This document shows, piece by piece, positions 55,783 to 64,000 of a stretch of DNA of 64,000 bases. Position 1 is the stretch's first letter. The number at the start of each line of letters is the position of its first letter. The translations under genes were made by a program, and so were the position numbers. The notes beneath the pieces are model-generated. The model did no database searches. It was not told the origin of the DNA and saw only the letters and a list, made by a program, of their open reading frames with translations. This stretch comes from an uncultured candidate division Zixibacteria bacterium (lineage in GTDB: Bacteria; Zixibacteria; MSB-5A5; UBA10806; 4484-95): the NCBI GenBank assembly GCA_963668625.2, contig CAXXKA010000006.1, forward strand, positions 64,001 through 128,000, in the 5' to 3' direction.

Positions 55783-56844
55783 ATGAAACAATTAGAGGTA
55801 AAATCTTTAAGTAAAAGTTTCAACGGAGCTGCGGCCGTATTGAATGAAATCGATTTTCAGCTTAACTCCGGAGAATTTTTAGTCATACTCGGGCCCTCCG
55901 GGTGCGGTAAGACCACATTGCTTAGAATTATAGCAGGCCTGGAATCGGCAGATATTGGGCAGGTATTCATCAAAGGCCGGGATGTCACCGAGGTGGAGCC
56001 TAAAAACCGTGATGTTGCCATGGTCTTCCAAAATTACGCTCTATACCCTCACATGACAGTCTTCGATAATCTGTCTTTTGCGCTTAAGGTGAGAAAACTA
56101 TCGAAACCCGAGATAAAAGACAAGGTAACTCGTACCGCGGCGATGCTCGGACTCGAACCGTACCTGGAACGTAAACCGAAACAGCTTTCGGGAGGTCAAC
56201 GCCAGAGAGTTGCCCTGGGCAGAGCTATTGTCCGCAACCCGGCTTTATTCTTATTCGATGAACCGCTGTCCAATCTCGATGCCGAGTTACGTTCGCAGAT
56301 GAGATTCGAGCTTTTATCTCTTCACAGACGGCTTAGAGCCACCTCGGTTTATGTTACCCACGACCAGATCGAAGCAATGAGCCTGGCCGATAAAATTATC
56401 ATTTTGAATAAAGGTAATAAAATAGGACCCAGCGCGCCGCGCGAGCTATACGATAATCCCCCTGATACTTTCGTTGCCGGTTTTTTAGGCAATCCCGGCA
56501 TGAATCTGATCTCCGGCGCTATAGGTGAAAGCTCGAAATCGGTCAAGCTCGATTCCGATGTCATATTACCGATCGAATCCGGTATTCAAGCCGGCAGCCC
56601 GATAGTTTTCGGTTTCAGGCCGGAGCATTGTCGCCCCTCGCCCGAGGGGATTTTACCCGGCGAAGTGGAAGGTATAGAGGATTCCGGCAAAGAATATATC
56701 CTGAAATTAAAAGGCCCGAATAACACCCGCTATTACTGTATGAGTCAGGTCAAAGCGGAAATAGGGGATACCATTTCGCTTTCGATAGATATGTTTTACC
56801 TTTTCGATCAGAGAAATAATAAACTCATTAGCGCTTTCAGATAA
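55783..56844 (+). CDS. MalK/UgpC-family sugar ABC transporter ATPase
   Basis: GPSGCGKTT, VFQNYALYPHM, LSGGQRQR, FDEP, YVTHDQ. Confidence 0.94.
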   Translation: MKQLEVKSLSKSFNGAAAVLNEIDFQLNSGEFLVILGPSGCGKTTLLRIIAGLESADIGQVFIKGRDVTEVEPKNRDVAMVFQNYALYPHMTVFDNLSFALKVRKLSKPEIKDKVTRTAAMLGLEPYLERKPKQLSGGQRQRVALGRAIVRNPALFLFDEPLSNLDAELRSQMRFELLSLHRRLRATSVYVTHDQIEAMSLADKIIILNKGNKIGPSAPRELYDNPPDTFVAGFLGNPGMNLISGAIGESSKSVKLDSDVILPIESGIQAGSPIVFGFRPEHCRPSPEGILPGEVEGIEDSGKEYILKLKGPNNTRYYCMSQVKAEIGDTISLSIDMFYLFDQRNNKLISAFR

Positions 56845-56972
56845 GAATTATAAAGAAAATCTTATCATCGACATACGGAATAACGAGGGAGACCATACCG
56901 ATATGGTTTCGATGCTCTTATCGTATGTCATCGATCAAGATCGTGCACTCGATTCTACGCTGAGTAGTATAT

Positions 56973-56999
56973 AAAAAAAGCAGGGTTAAAACCCTGCTT
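56973..56999 (-). terminator. Intrinsic terminator of mrp-nifU
   Basis: AAGCAGGGT/ACCCTGCTT stem with a T tract on the minus strand. Confidence 0.8.
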
Positions 57000-57029
57000 G
57001 ATCATCGTGTGGTATTTTAAATAAAATTC

Positions 57030-57260
57030 TTATTCGGTGACTTCCTTAACGCCCGGCACCATTTTTTTCAGCGCTTGCTCGATCCCCATCTTCAAAGTCA
57101 TGGTAGACATCGGGCAGCCTTTGCAGGCTCCTTGAAGCTCTAATTTTACTACGCCGTCATCAGAAACATCCACCAACTTACAGTCGCCGCCATCAGCCTG
57201 AAGTGCCGGTCTAATTTGATCCAATGCTTTTTGTACTTCTTCTTTCAATCTCATCTCCAT
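57030..57260 (-). CDS. NifU C-terminal/Nfu-type Fe-S carrier
   Basis: [28 protein letters not shown]. Confidence 0.93.
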   Translation of the reverse strand: MEMRLKEEVQKALDQIRPALQADGGDCKLVDVSDDGVVKLELQGACKGCPMSTMTLKMGIEQALKKMVPGVKEVTE

Positions 57261-57273
57261 TCTATCGTTAATT

Positions 57274-58332
57274 CTAATTGACTATTTTAGCCAGTTTCTC
57301 GGCGATCTGCTTGAACTCTGTCGAGGCTTCACCTTTACCCGATTGGGCTACCGGCTGCCCCATATCTCCACCCTCGCGCACCGAGGTTTCCAGTGGAATC
57401 TGTCCCAGCAGCGGCAGGTCGAGCTTGGTCGATAAAATCTTACCGCCGCCCTCGCCGAAAATATATTGTTTTTGGCCGTCGGGCGCCTGATAATATGACA
57501 TATTCTCGATGACACCCAGCATCTTGAAATTAGCTTTGGTGGAAAGCTCAGCGACTCTCTGGGCAACTCCGGAGGCTGCCGGTTGTGGCGTAGTTACCAG
57601 TACCAGGTTGGCATTGGGGACAGTTTGCGAAATCGATAAGGTGATATCGCCGGTGCCGGGGGGAAGGTCAATCAGCAGGTAGTCGATTTTATCCCAGTAT
57701 ACCTGGGTTAGAAACTGTACTATGGTTTTGTGAAGCATGGGGCCGCGCCAGAGCACAGCCTGATCTTCATTGATGAAAAAACCCATCGAGATTATCTTGA
57801 TACCATCTTTTAAGACCGGTATCATGGCGTTATCTATGACAGTTGGCAAACCTTCCGCGCCCATCATACGCGGGATCGAAAATCCGTATACATCAGAATC
57901 AATTACGCCGACTTTATAGCCCAGATTTTTCAGAGCAAATGCCAGGTTCGTGGTAACGGTCGATTTACCGACGCCACCTTTGCCGGAGGCCACGGCTATG
58001 ACATTTTTGATATTCATGTCATCGAAAACCGGAGACTCAGCCTGGCCTGTCATTTTCTTGGCTATCGCGTTTCTCTCGGCAGGTTTCATCGAGGTGAAAT
58101 CGAGCTCGACTTTCTCGACACCATCCAAAGGCATCAATGCCGCCGAGACATCCTCCTGGAATTTATGTTTCAACGGGCAGCCAGGGATTGTCAGTTTGAT
58201 CGTGACATGTACCGTACCATTATCCTGACGGATTTTCTCCACCATCTCCAAGTCGATAATCGAGCGTCCCAATTCCGGGTCATTAACTTTTCGCAGCGCC
58301 TCGACTATCTTGTCGTTATCTATCTGAGCCAT
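57274..58332 (-). CDS. Mrp/ApbC/NBP35 ATPase with N-terminal DUF59 domain
   Basis: DPEL...LTIPGCP; SGKGGVGKS; WRGPM; DLPPGTGD; VTTPQ; ENMS. Confidence 0.93.
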   Translation of the reverse strand: MAQIDNDKIVEALRKVNDPELGRSIIDLEMVEKIRQDNGTVHVTIKLTIPGCPLKHKFQEDVSAALMPLDGVEKVELDFTSMKPAERNAIAKKMTGQAESPVFDDMNIKNVIAVASGKGGVGKSTVTTNLAFALKNLGYKVGVIDSDVYGFSIPRMMGAEGLPTVIDNAMIPVLKDGIKIISMGFFINEDQAVLWRGPMLHKTIVQFLTQVYWDKIDYLLIDLPPGTGDITLSISQTVPNANLVLVTTPQPAASGVAQRVAELSTKANFKMLGVIENMSYYQAPDGQKQYIFGEGGGKILSTKLDLPLLGQIPLETSVREGGDMGQPVAQSGKGEASTEFKQIAEKLAKIVN

Positions 58333-58435
58333 TTAGTTTAATCCTCTCTTAGCAAAATAGACTAGCTATATCTATATAGTTAATGAGGAAAATATGGCAA
58401 AGGTTCCGTATGTCAAGGATAAATTTCTCCAGCCA

Positions 58436-58467
58436 AAAATAAACCCCGAGACATATATCCCGGGGTC
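58436..58467 (-). terminator. Probable terminator after the lipoprotein gene
   Basis: Minus strand GACCCCGGGA...TCTCGGGGTTTATTTTT. Confidence 0.6.
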
Positions 58468-58496
58468 TACCATCAAAGTTTAATTTAGTGCTATAC

Positions 58497-59726
58497 TTAC
58501 TTAGCAGGCATCGGAGCGACATCTAAAGTGACTGTCGGAAGCGAAGTGTTCATCGTGCCGATCTCTGTTACCACACCGGTGGTACCGTTAATAGAACAAA
58601 CATGCCAGTACCAACCCACGCCGGTATCGACAACATTCGGTGGTTCGAATTCCTGGATCGTGCGATCCGGTTTCAGCAGTGTAACCCTCGTACCGGAAAC
58701 CGGTATGGTGCTCTCTCCATTAAAATGATGTACGGAGTAATAATAAATACCTGGAAATGGTTGTTGAATAATGATATGCTCGGGGCCCCAACTCGTAACA
58801 TCGTCAACATCCAGAAACGCATATGGAGCAGTGGCTACCGAACCCTTGTTAACATAATAAACATGATAACTGGAACCTTCTATCTCCGGAGTCCATAGAT
58901 GTGAGTCTAGATCCTCCGGCAACTCGCCCCATGTCAATGTGAATTGGTAGAAGAAACTGCCATCACCAAGTTCGGCATCTCTGATAAAAACTACCGGGAG
59001 AATGCTATCCTCCAGGGCAACGTATGAGAAAGTCAGGCTGTCACTATCAAATATATGGAATTGTAGCCCGAGTAGTACCGAGAAAACCGTATCACTGGTC
59101 ACAACACTGGTATCGAGTACCATCGAGATCGTATTTGCGTCGGAGTTTGTCTGGTTGGCAACGCTTGAGGAGATGTTTACGATGATATTACGCTCCAGGG
59201 CAATCGAATCTACCAGGGCGAATATATCTGCGGTTGTACCCGTGAAAGAGCTAACTGTTGACCAGTCATCGGTTAAAATATCCTCTTGATATTCAGGATC
59301 ATTCGTATAGGTATAAACCTCGCTGGTGATTCTATCCAGCACTATCTCAATTTCGCCGACAACTTCCGTAGGGGTGGTAGGTTTGCCTGCCGACCATGCG
59401 CCAATATCATCATCGCTGAATTCAGAATACGGCACTAGCACATGATTGGAGTAATACGTATCATCGCCGACTGCGAAAATATACACATAATCATTAAACA
59501 GGTAACCTTTCACCCTGATTCCAGAAGCCGCTTGCGGCATAAAATCATGCGCAGTAACCGTAATAAGGTGACTTGAGAAATCCAGTTCTACCTCACCGTT
59601 CGAATCCGTGATGCCCTCGGCAAATGCCGGCTCCTCCGGACGTGTTACTGTGTCATCATCGCTGCATCCAATTATCAGCAAAAAAGTTAGAGCTAATAGT
59701 GTGGTCGCGATTTTGATAATTTTCAT
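58497..59726 (-). CDS. Acidic lipoprotein with C-terminal YfaP/DUF2135-like domain
   Basis: Lipobox IIGC; LTWG..PEDLDSHL, LDVDD.TSWGPEHI, G.Y.YSVHHF. Confidence 0.75.
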   Translation of the reverse strand: MKIIKIATTLLALTFLLIIGCSDDDTVTRPEEPAFAEGITDSNGEVELDFSSHLITVTAHDFMPQAASGIRVKGYLFNDYVYIFAVGDDTYYSNHVLVPYSEFSDDDIGAWSAGKPTTPTEVVGEIEIVLDRITSEVYTYTNDPEYQEDILTDDWSTVSSFTGTTADIFALVDSIALERNIIVNISSSVANQTNSDANTISMVLDTSVVTSDTVFSVLLGLQFHIFDSDSLTFSYVALEDSILPVVFIRDAELGDGSFFYQFTLTWGELPEDLDSHLWTPEIEGSSYHVYYVNKGSVATAPYAFLDVDDVTSWGPEHIIIQQPFPGIYYYSVHHFNGESTIPVSGTRVTLLKPDRTIQEFEPPNVVDTGVGWYWHVCSINGTTGVVTEIGTMNTSLPTVTLDVAPMPAK

Positions 59727-59790
59727 CTTAACCTCTTTCCTATATGTTTAAAGTATCTACACTCGAACATAGATGCTCCTGACATAGATA

Positions 59791-59817
59791 TATTCGGCTT
59801 TGAATAGTATCACTTTA
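59791..59817 (-). promoter_or_regulatory. Putative sigma28-type promoter
   Basis: TAAA-15 nt-GCCGAATA on the minus strand, 65 nt upstream of the start. Confidence 0.5.
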
Positions 59818-60153
59818 ACTGTTTAGTTGGCAGTTTTCGCATTATTCGTTCGGAAACAATTGTTGCATGATTCTATAGCCTTACAGTTTTCACGGTGCTA
59901 TATCATATTAGATGATTTTTCGGTTTGTTTCATTTGACCGTAATGAATCAGCATTCAGGCGGAGGGAGAAACCAGACAATGTCCGCATTAGAGATAAAGC
60001 CGGGTTTCTGCGTTCAATATATTCATCCCGGAATCCGGCTAATTCACGATTAAAAGGTTGGGCGGTAGTAATATAACCTGTTAATTTTTTTGTATTTATA
60101 GGTTGTCAAGATAATCGATTATGTGTTATAATCAGGCGACAAGGAGAGATAAT

Positions 60154-60543
60154 ATGGCCAGATCGCCTATAGGCTGCTGCGGTCTTCACTGCGGAATGTG
60201 TGAAATCTATATAGCCTCAACCACCTCCGATGAGAAGCGTAAAGCTAAGCTTGCTGACAGATTATCCAAAGAAATGGGCAAGAAAATAAGCCCCGATAAT
60301 GTTCATTGTTGGGGATGTTGGGCGAATAACAGGAATTGCTGGGGCAAGAAATGCAATTTCCGTAAATGCTCCAACGAGAAGGGATTGGATTTTTGCTATA
60401 AATGCTCGGAGTTCCCCTGTGATGAACTGGTAGCGTTTTATGAAAAGAATCCCGATGCCCGAGAGAACCTGACTCATATCAGCAAGCGAGGTTTCGAGTT
60501 TTTCATTTCCGATATTCTTATGCAGGGAACAGAGGACGAGTGA
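60154..60543 (+). CDS. DUF3795-like Cys-rich metal-binding protein
   Basis: CCGLHCGMC, CWGC, C..RKC, FCYKCSEFPC; AAGGAG SD. Confidence 0.82.
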   Translation: MARSPIGCCGLHCGMCEIYIASTTSDEKRKAKLADRLSKEMGKKISPDNVHCWGCWANNRNCWGKKCNFRKCSNEKGLDFCYKCSEFPCDELVAFYEKNPDARENLTHISKRGFEFFISDILMQGTEDE

Positions 60544-60605
60544 AAGTCAGCGATAAGTCCGCAAGCGATCGGGCTATCTTAACGACATTATAAACAAAGG
60601 CAATA

Positions 60606-60863
60606 ATGAAAAAGAAAGAGACATCCGAGGGCGGGATAAAATTCGATAACAGGCTGGATTCATTCACTTTGGGGCCTGCGTATCTCGACTACTGTGTGAA
60701 AAAAGGCTGGTTAACCAAAGATGGCGAGGGCGATACCGCCCAGTACGAGTTGACAGATGTGGGAAAGAAAAAGCTCGACAACGTATCTTTGAATTTCGAT
60801 TTATCGGCTATCACCGAAAAAGGTGACGGACCGAAAAAGAAACGTAAACGTCATAAAAAATAG
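60606..60863 (+). CDS. Small hypothetical protein, winged-helix-like tail
   Basis: VKKGWL...YELTDVGKKKL and basic C-terminus. Confidence 0.65.
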   Translation: MKKKETSEGGIKFDNRLDSFTLGPAYLDYCVKKGWLTKDGEGDTAQYELTDVGKKKLDNVSLNFDLSAITEKGDGPKKKRKRHKK

Positions 60864-60898
60864 CTCCTCGCAGCATTGAATATTATTAGGAGTAAATC

Positions 60899-61696
60899 TT
60901 GAGTGTATTCACCGACCTTCTGGGGAGTATCACTGCGGGAAAATTTTATCATGATATCCTCACTCGTCCGGCCAAAACCGGCTGGATGCTTTACCTGTTG
61001 CTGATTACCTGTTCGGCAATCGTTCTCACCGTATATTGGGGAGTTAAAGCTAATTCTTATGCTGATGAGGCAGTCGAGTTTTTCGCCGGCCTCGATGCCG
61101 AGATAGTATTCGAGAAGGGGATTATTACCAATATGCCGCTTTCCCACAAGGAATACTATTTTAAAGATCTGACTATTTATGTTGATAGTAAATATGTTGA
61201 TCTCCAAAGTACCGAGGAGGATATGGAAAACGCCGAGAAACCAGTCGTTTTTATCGGTGCGAAAGCAGCCTACCTGACCTCCACGGAAAGGGCTGAGGAG
61301 ATAGCATACCCACCGGCGTTTTCTGAGACAATCGATTTGGATTACCTGAAAAAAACGAAATCGATACTGATAGCCGGCGCATTTTTCGGTGGATTTTTGG
61401 TCTGGCTGTTGATTAAATTTATCGAGAGCATGGCTTATATCGCGCTGATAATTACACCGATACTTTTATTCAAATTCAGGCGGCGTGGTTTGACTTATCC
61501 CGAGGGATTCGGAGTCGGTTTATATCTCGCTACTTTTCAGATAATACTCTCTACGATTTTACTTCTTGTGGGATTCGCATATATTTGGGTTCACCTGATA
61601 TTCATTTTATTATATGTGTTTTTTATAGGCGCATACGTGAATATAGATCTCTCCCATAGCAATCGTCAATTATATAAAGAGAGCGCTTCCCAATGA
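60899..61696 (+). CDS. DUF1189-like membrane protein
   Basis: One N-terminal TM, soluble loop, three C-terminal TM; TTG start after AGGAG. Confidence 0.65.
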   Translation: MSVFTDLLGSITAGKFYHDILTRPAKTGWMLYLLLITCSAIVLTVYWGVKANSYADEAVEFFAGLDAEIVFEKGIITNMPLSHKEYYFKDLTIYVDSKYVDLQSTEEDMENAEKPVVFIGAKAAYLTSTERAEEIAYPPAFSETIDLDYLKKTKSILIAGAFFGGFLVWLLIKFIESMAYIALIITPILLFKFRRRGLTYPEGFGVGLYLATFQIILSTILLLVGFAYIWVHLIFILLYVFFIGAYVNIDLSHSNRQLYKESASQ

Positions 61697-62694
61697 AAAT
61701 AGCTATAACCGGCGCCAGTGGATTTTTAGGTGGAGGATTGGCCGAGACGTACCACGAGCGCGGGGATGAGATAACCGCCCTGGTGCGTAAGAGCTCCGAC
61801 ACCTCGACGCTGGAGCAACTGGGAGCCAAACTGGTCGTCGGTGAACTTAACGAACCCGAATCATTCAGCCGTCTGGTAGAGGGCGCCGATATCGCCATAC
61901 ACTGTGCCGCTATGGCGACGGATTTCGGACCGTGGGAGCAATTTCAATCCATAAATGTCGATGCCGCCAGGTTATTTTTCGAGGCTTGCCTGAAAAGCAA
62001 GGTTAACCGTATTATCTACATTTCCTCGGTAGCAGTCTATGGCAACGGCCGTCACCACCGAGGTACGGATGAGGAAGCGCCGTACGAATCGATAATCACC
62101 GATAATTATACTAAATCGAAAATCATGGCCGAGCGTATAGCCTATAATTTTATCGATCAGCATAGCTTGCCGCTCGTGATTATCCGGCCCGGTTATATCT
62201 GGGGGAACGGTGACAAAGCCGTCATGCCGAAAATGATTTCCTCTATTAAAAAACGCCAGGTCGCGGTTATCAATGAGGGCGTCAATTTGATGAATCTCTC
62301 GCATGTCGAAAACGTAATTCAGGGAATCATGCTAGCCGCCGAAAGCGAGAAGGCGATCGGGAGGGTATATAATCTCACCGATGGTTCGAAGGTTACCACG
62401 AGGAGGTTTTTCGAGGATTTGCTCGAGATGCTGGGTGTGGATATCAAAATAAAATCGTTTCCTTACGCCCCGGCTTATGTCGCCGCCTCCCTGGCGGAGA
62501 TGTATTGTCATATAACCGGCTATCGGAGTTATCCTCCATTTACTCGCTACACTGTCAAGATGGGTAAATACGATCAAGTGTTCGATATCTCACGAGCCAT
62601 ATACGAACTCGGTTATAAGCCGAAAATTCGTTATAAAGAGGGTATGGCCGGGATGATTCGTTACGTACGGCGATTGTATTACGGACAAAAGTAA
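61693..62694 (+). CDS. Extended SDR, NAD-dependent epimerase / 3-beta-HSD-like
   Basis: ITGASGFLG, HCAA, ISSVAVYG, YTKSK, RPGYIWG. Confidence 0.9.
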   Translation: MKIAITGASGFLGGGLAETYHERGDEITALVRKSSDTSTLEQLGAKLVVGELNEPESFSRLVEGADIAIHCAAMATDFGPWEQFQSINVDAARLFFEACLKSKVNRIIYISSVAVYGNGRHHRGTDEEAPYESIITDNYTKSKIMAERIAYNFIDQHSLPLVIIRPGYIWGNGDKAVMPKMISSIKKRQVAVINEGVNLMNLSHVENVIQGIMLAAESEKAIGRVYNLTDGSKVTTRRFFEDLLEMLGVDIKIKSFPYAPAYVAASLAEMYCHITGYRSYPPFTRYTVKMGKYDQVFDISRAIYELGYKPKIRYKEGMAGMIRYVRRLYYGQK

Positions 62695-62959
62695 ATCTTA
62701 ATTATTTCCCACGATCGATTACTCGGATATTCTATTTAGTAACAGCCTTTTTTCTCTGCGTATGTTTCTTCTTTATGAGTTTAGTCTCAATCAACTCGGA
62801 TGAATGCTTTAATGTCACCCGCCCGGGGCGACAATCATCATTCTGTCATTTAGCTTTGGATGATTTATATGCATGCAGATTTATTATAATTACAGTCAAA
62901 CAAAAAGCAGCGACGAGTATAAGCAAAAAGTAAAACATAATTGGAAACCCGATTTATTC

Positions 62960-63157
62960 TTATCGATTAACTCCGGTTCTATCTCGTTGCTGCCGGTTAT
63001 TTTTCGTCTCGTTGCCGGAGAATTCTTTCAGTTTAGCCGCACGGGCTTTCTTGCGTCTTTTCGATCAGGGGCCGACCGTGTTGCTCCAAAGCAATACCCC
63101 GGTGATTATAACCGCAATTCCTATACCGATATTATACACCATCGAAAGTGCTGTCAT
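62960..63157 (-). other. Small single-TM ORF with in-frame TGA at codon 31 (30 aa, or 65 aa if read through); not in the ORF track
   Basis: AAGGAAG SD; MTALSMVYNIGIGIAVIITGVLLWSNTVGP(TGA)SKRRKKARAAKLK...VNR*. Confidence 0.45.
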
Positions 63158-63852
63158 AACTTCCTTTTCCTGTTTTATGATAATATTTTACCGTCTGGCT
63201 TTAGAAATCGGTAGATTGATTATCGGGATTTAGCCTCACCGATTCACTTTGTTGCATTATGGATGGATCTATAAATCGTTTTCAGTTGATAGGTATGTTT
63301 ATTGAATTATGTTAATTAGTAATATCACTAGTGTCCGGTGTTTTTCGGTAAGTTTCAACTTTCACCATGGAATTGTCAGTAAAAGATATTTTCCGATATA
63401 ACTATATATTCAGCGTATCATGCATCCTGATATATTCTGCCGATGTTAGGCTTAGTTCCCTGGTTTCCAAGCGCTGTCTGGAAACCTTCTTGAGTCATGT
63501 GAAATGCGCATTCTGCCAGCAAATAAGCCACGTTGCGACGCATCGCTTGGCAACGAGATGGAAAGGCCGGATAGTTGTGTAATATTGTATTGATTAAACA
63601 GTAAACGGTTTAGGTCTTAATCTGTAATCTTATTCGCTTTAATTTTTATCTTTTTTATCACTCCGCCCGGGAGGACAACCCTCGGGGCGCATTCACGTTT
63701 TTATTCCCATCTTGGGGAACAGGTATATCTGTAGAACGAGATACACGCCGAGTATTAGTATTAAGGTCAGGATATCATTCATAGTGCGTATAGTAACTTT
63801 GTTTTGTGATAAATAGTTTCATTGCACGAAATGTAAACTCACAATATCAATG

Positions 63853-64000
63853 TTAATCGATGAGTCTACCGCAGTTGTGGCAGAAAAAGCCGCTTTCTAT
63901 TTTATCGATTTTGAAATGCCTCATATCGGCATGTCCATAGTACTCGCTACCCAAGAAAAACTCACCGAGAAATGCCCCGCACTCAGTACATGTATTAGCA
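63853..64000 (-). CDS. 3' end of a CDS entering from the right edge, with two CxxC motifs
   Basis: ANTCTECGAFLGEFFLGSEYYGHADMRHFKIDKIESGFFCHNCGRLID*. Confidence 0.65.
   Translation of the reverse strand, partial: ANTCTECGAFLGEFFLGSEYYGHADMRHFKIDKIESGFFCHNCGRLID

Noticed and set aside
55783-56844. Orphan sugar ABC ATPase without permeases as a novelty
   Set aside because: Shared MsmX/MsiK-type ATPases encoded apart from their permeases are well known
344-62577. Numerous 60-215 aa antisense or alternate-frame ORFs in the track (e.g. 344-988, 12365-12916, 53253-53825, 54801-55334)
   Set aside because: They lie within well-supported genes and lack motifs; shadow ORFs
62873-63582. Plus-strand ORFs 62873-63214, 63012-63233 and 63367-63582
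   Set aside because: No SD or motifs; the minus-strand TM ORF explains 62960-63157 better
1-64000. CRISPR arrays, tRNA, rRNA, transposase or integrase genes
   Set aside because: No regularly spaced direct repeats, tRNA cloverleaf motifs, rRNA signatures or DDE/tyrosine recombinase motifs recognised by eye

Overview
Gene-dense bacterial chromosome segment with about 50 CDS. I found no rRNA, tRNA, CRISPR array or transposase. Secreted proteins with YPNPFN-type C-terminal sorting domains and a dockerin-like tail suggest an FCB-group organism such as candidate division Zixibacteria (inference only). Housekeeping genes include nadC, birA, murQ, mfd, three PPIases, an RqcP-like S4 protein, hflX, uvrA, an M16 peptidase pair and Mrp/NifU. 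The most notable accessory locus is a CRISPR-independent operon encoding an ECF sigma factor, a zinc anti-sigma factor and an exported TPR-CHAT caspase-like protease (24.3-28.5 kb), divergent from a secreted Asp-box protein. Other accessory loci are an arginine decarboxylase/agmatinase cluster interleaved with two methyltransferases, a HEAT/HD-GYP pair beside a minor-pilin trio with a sigma54-type promoter, and a 1217-aa secreted putative cysteine protease with GACC repeats and a dockerin-like end. Non-coding signals include a 148-bp MITE with a related structured copy, orphan GAAAGGAGG motifs upstream of three exported-protein genes, GAAC-N4-GTTC-like boxes at uvrA, sigma28-like promoters, several apparently leaderless genes, and two possible recoding or non-canonical start cases. 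All calls come from motif reading only; no searches were run.
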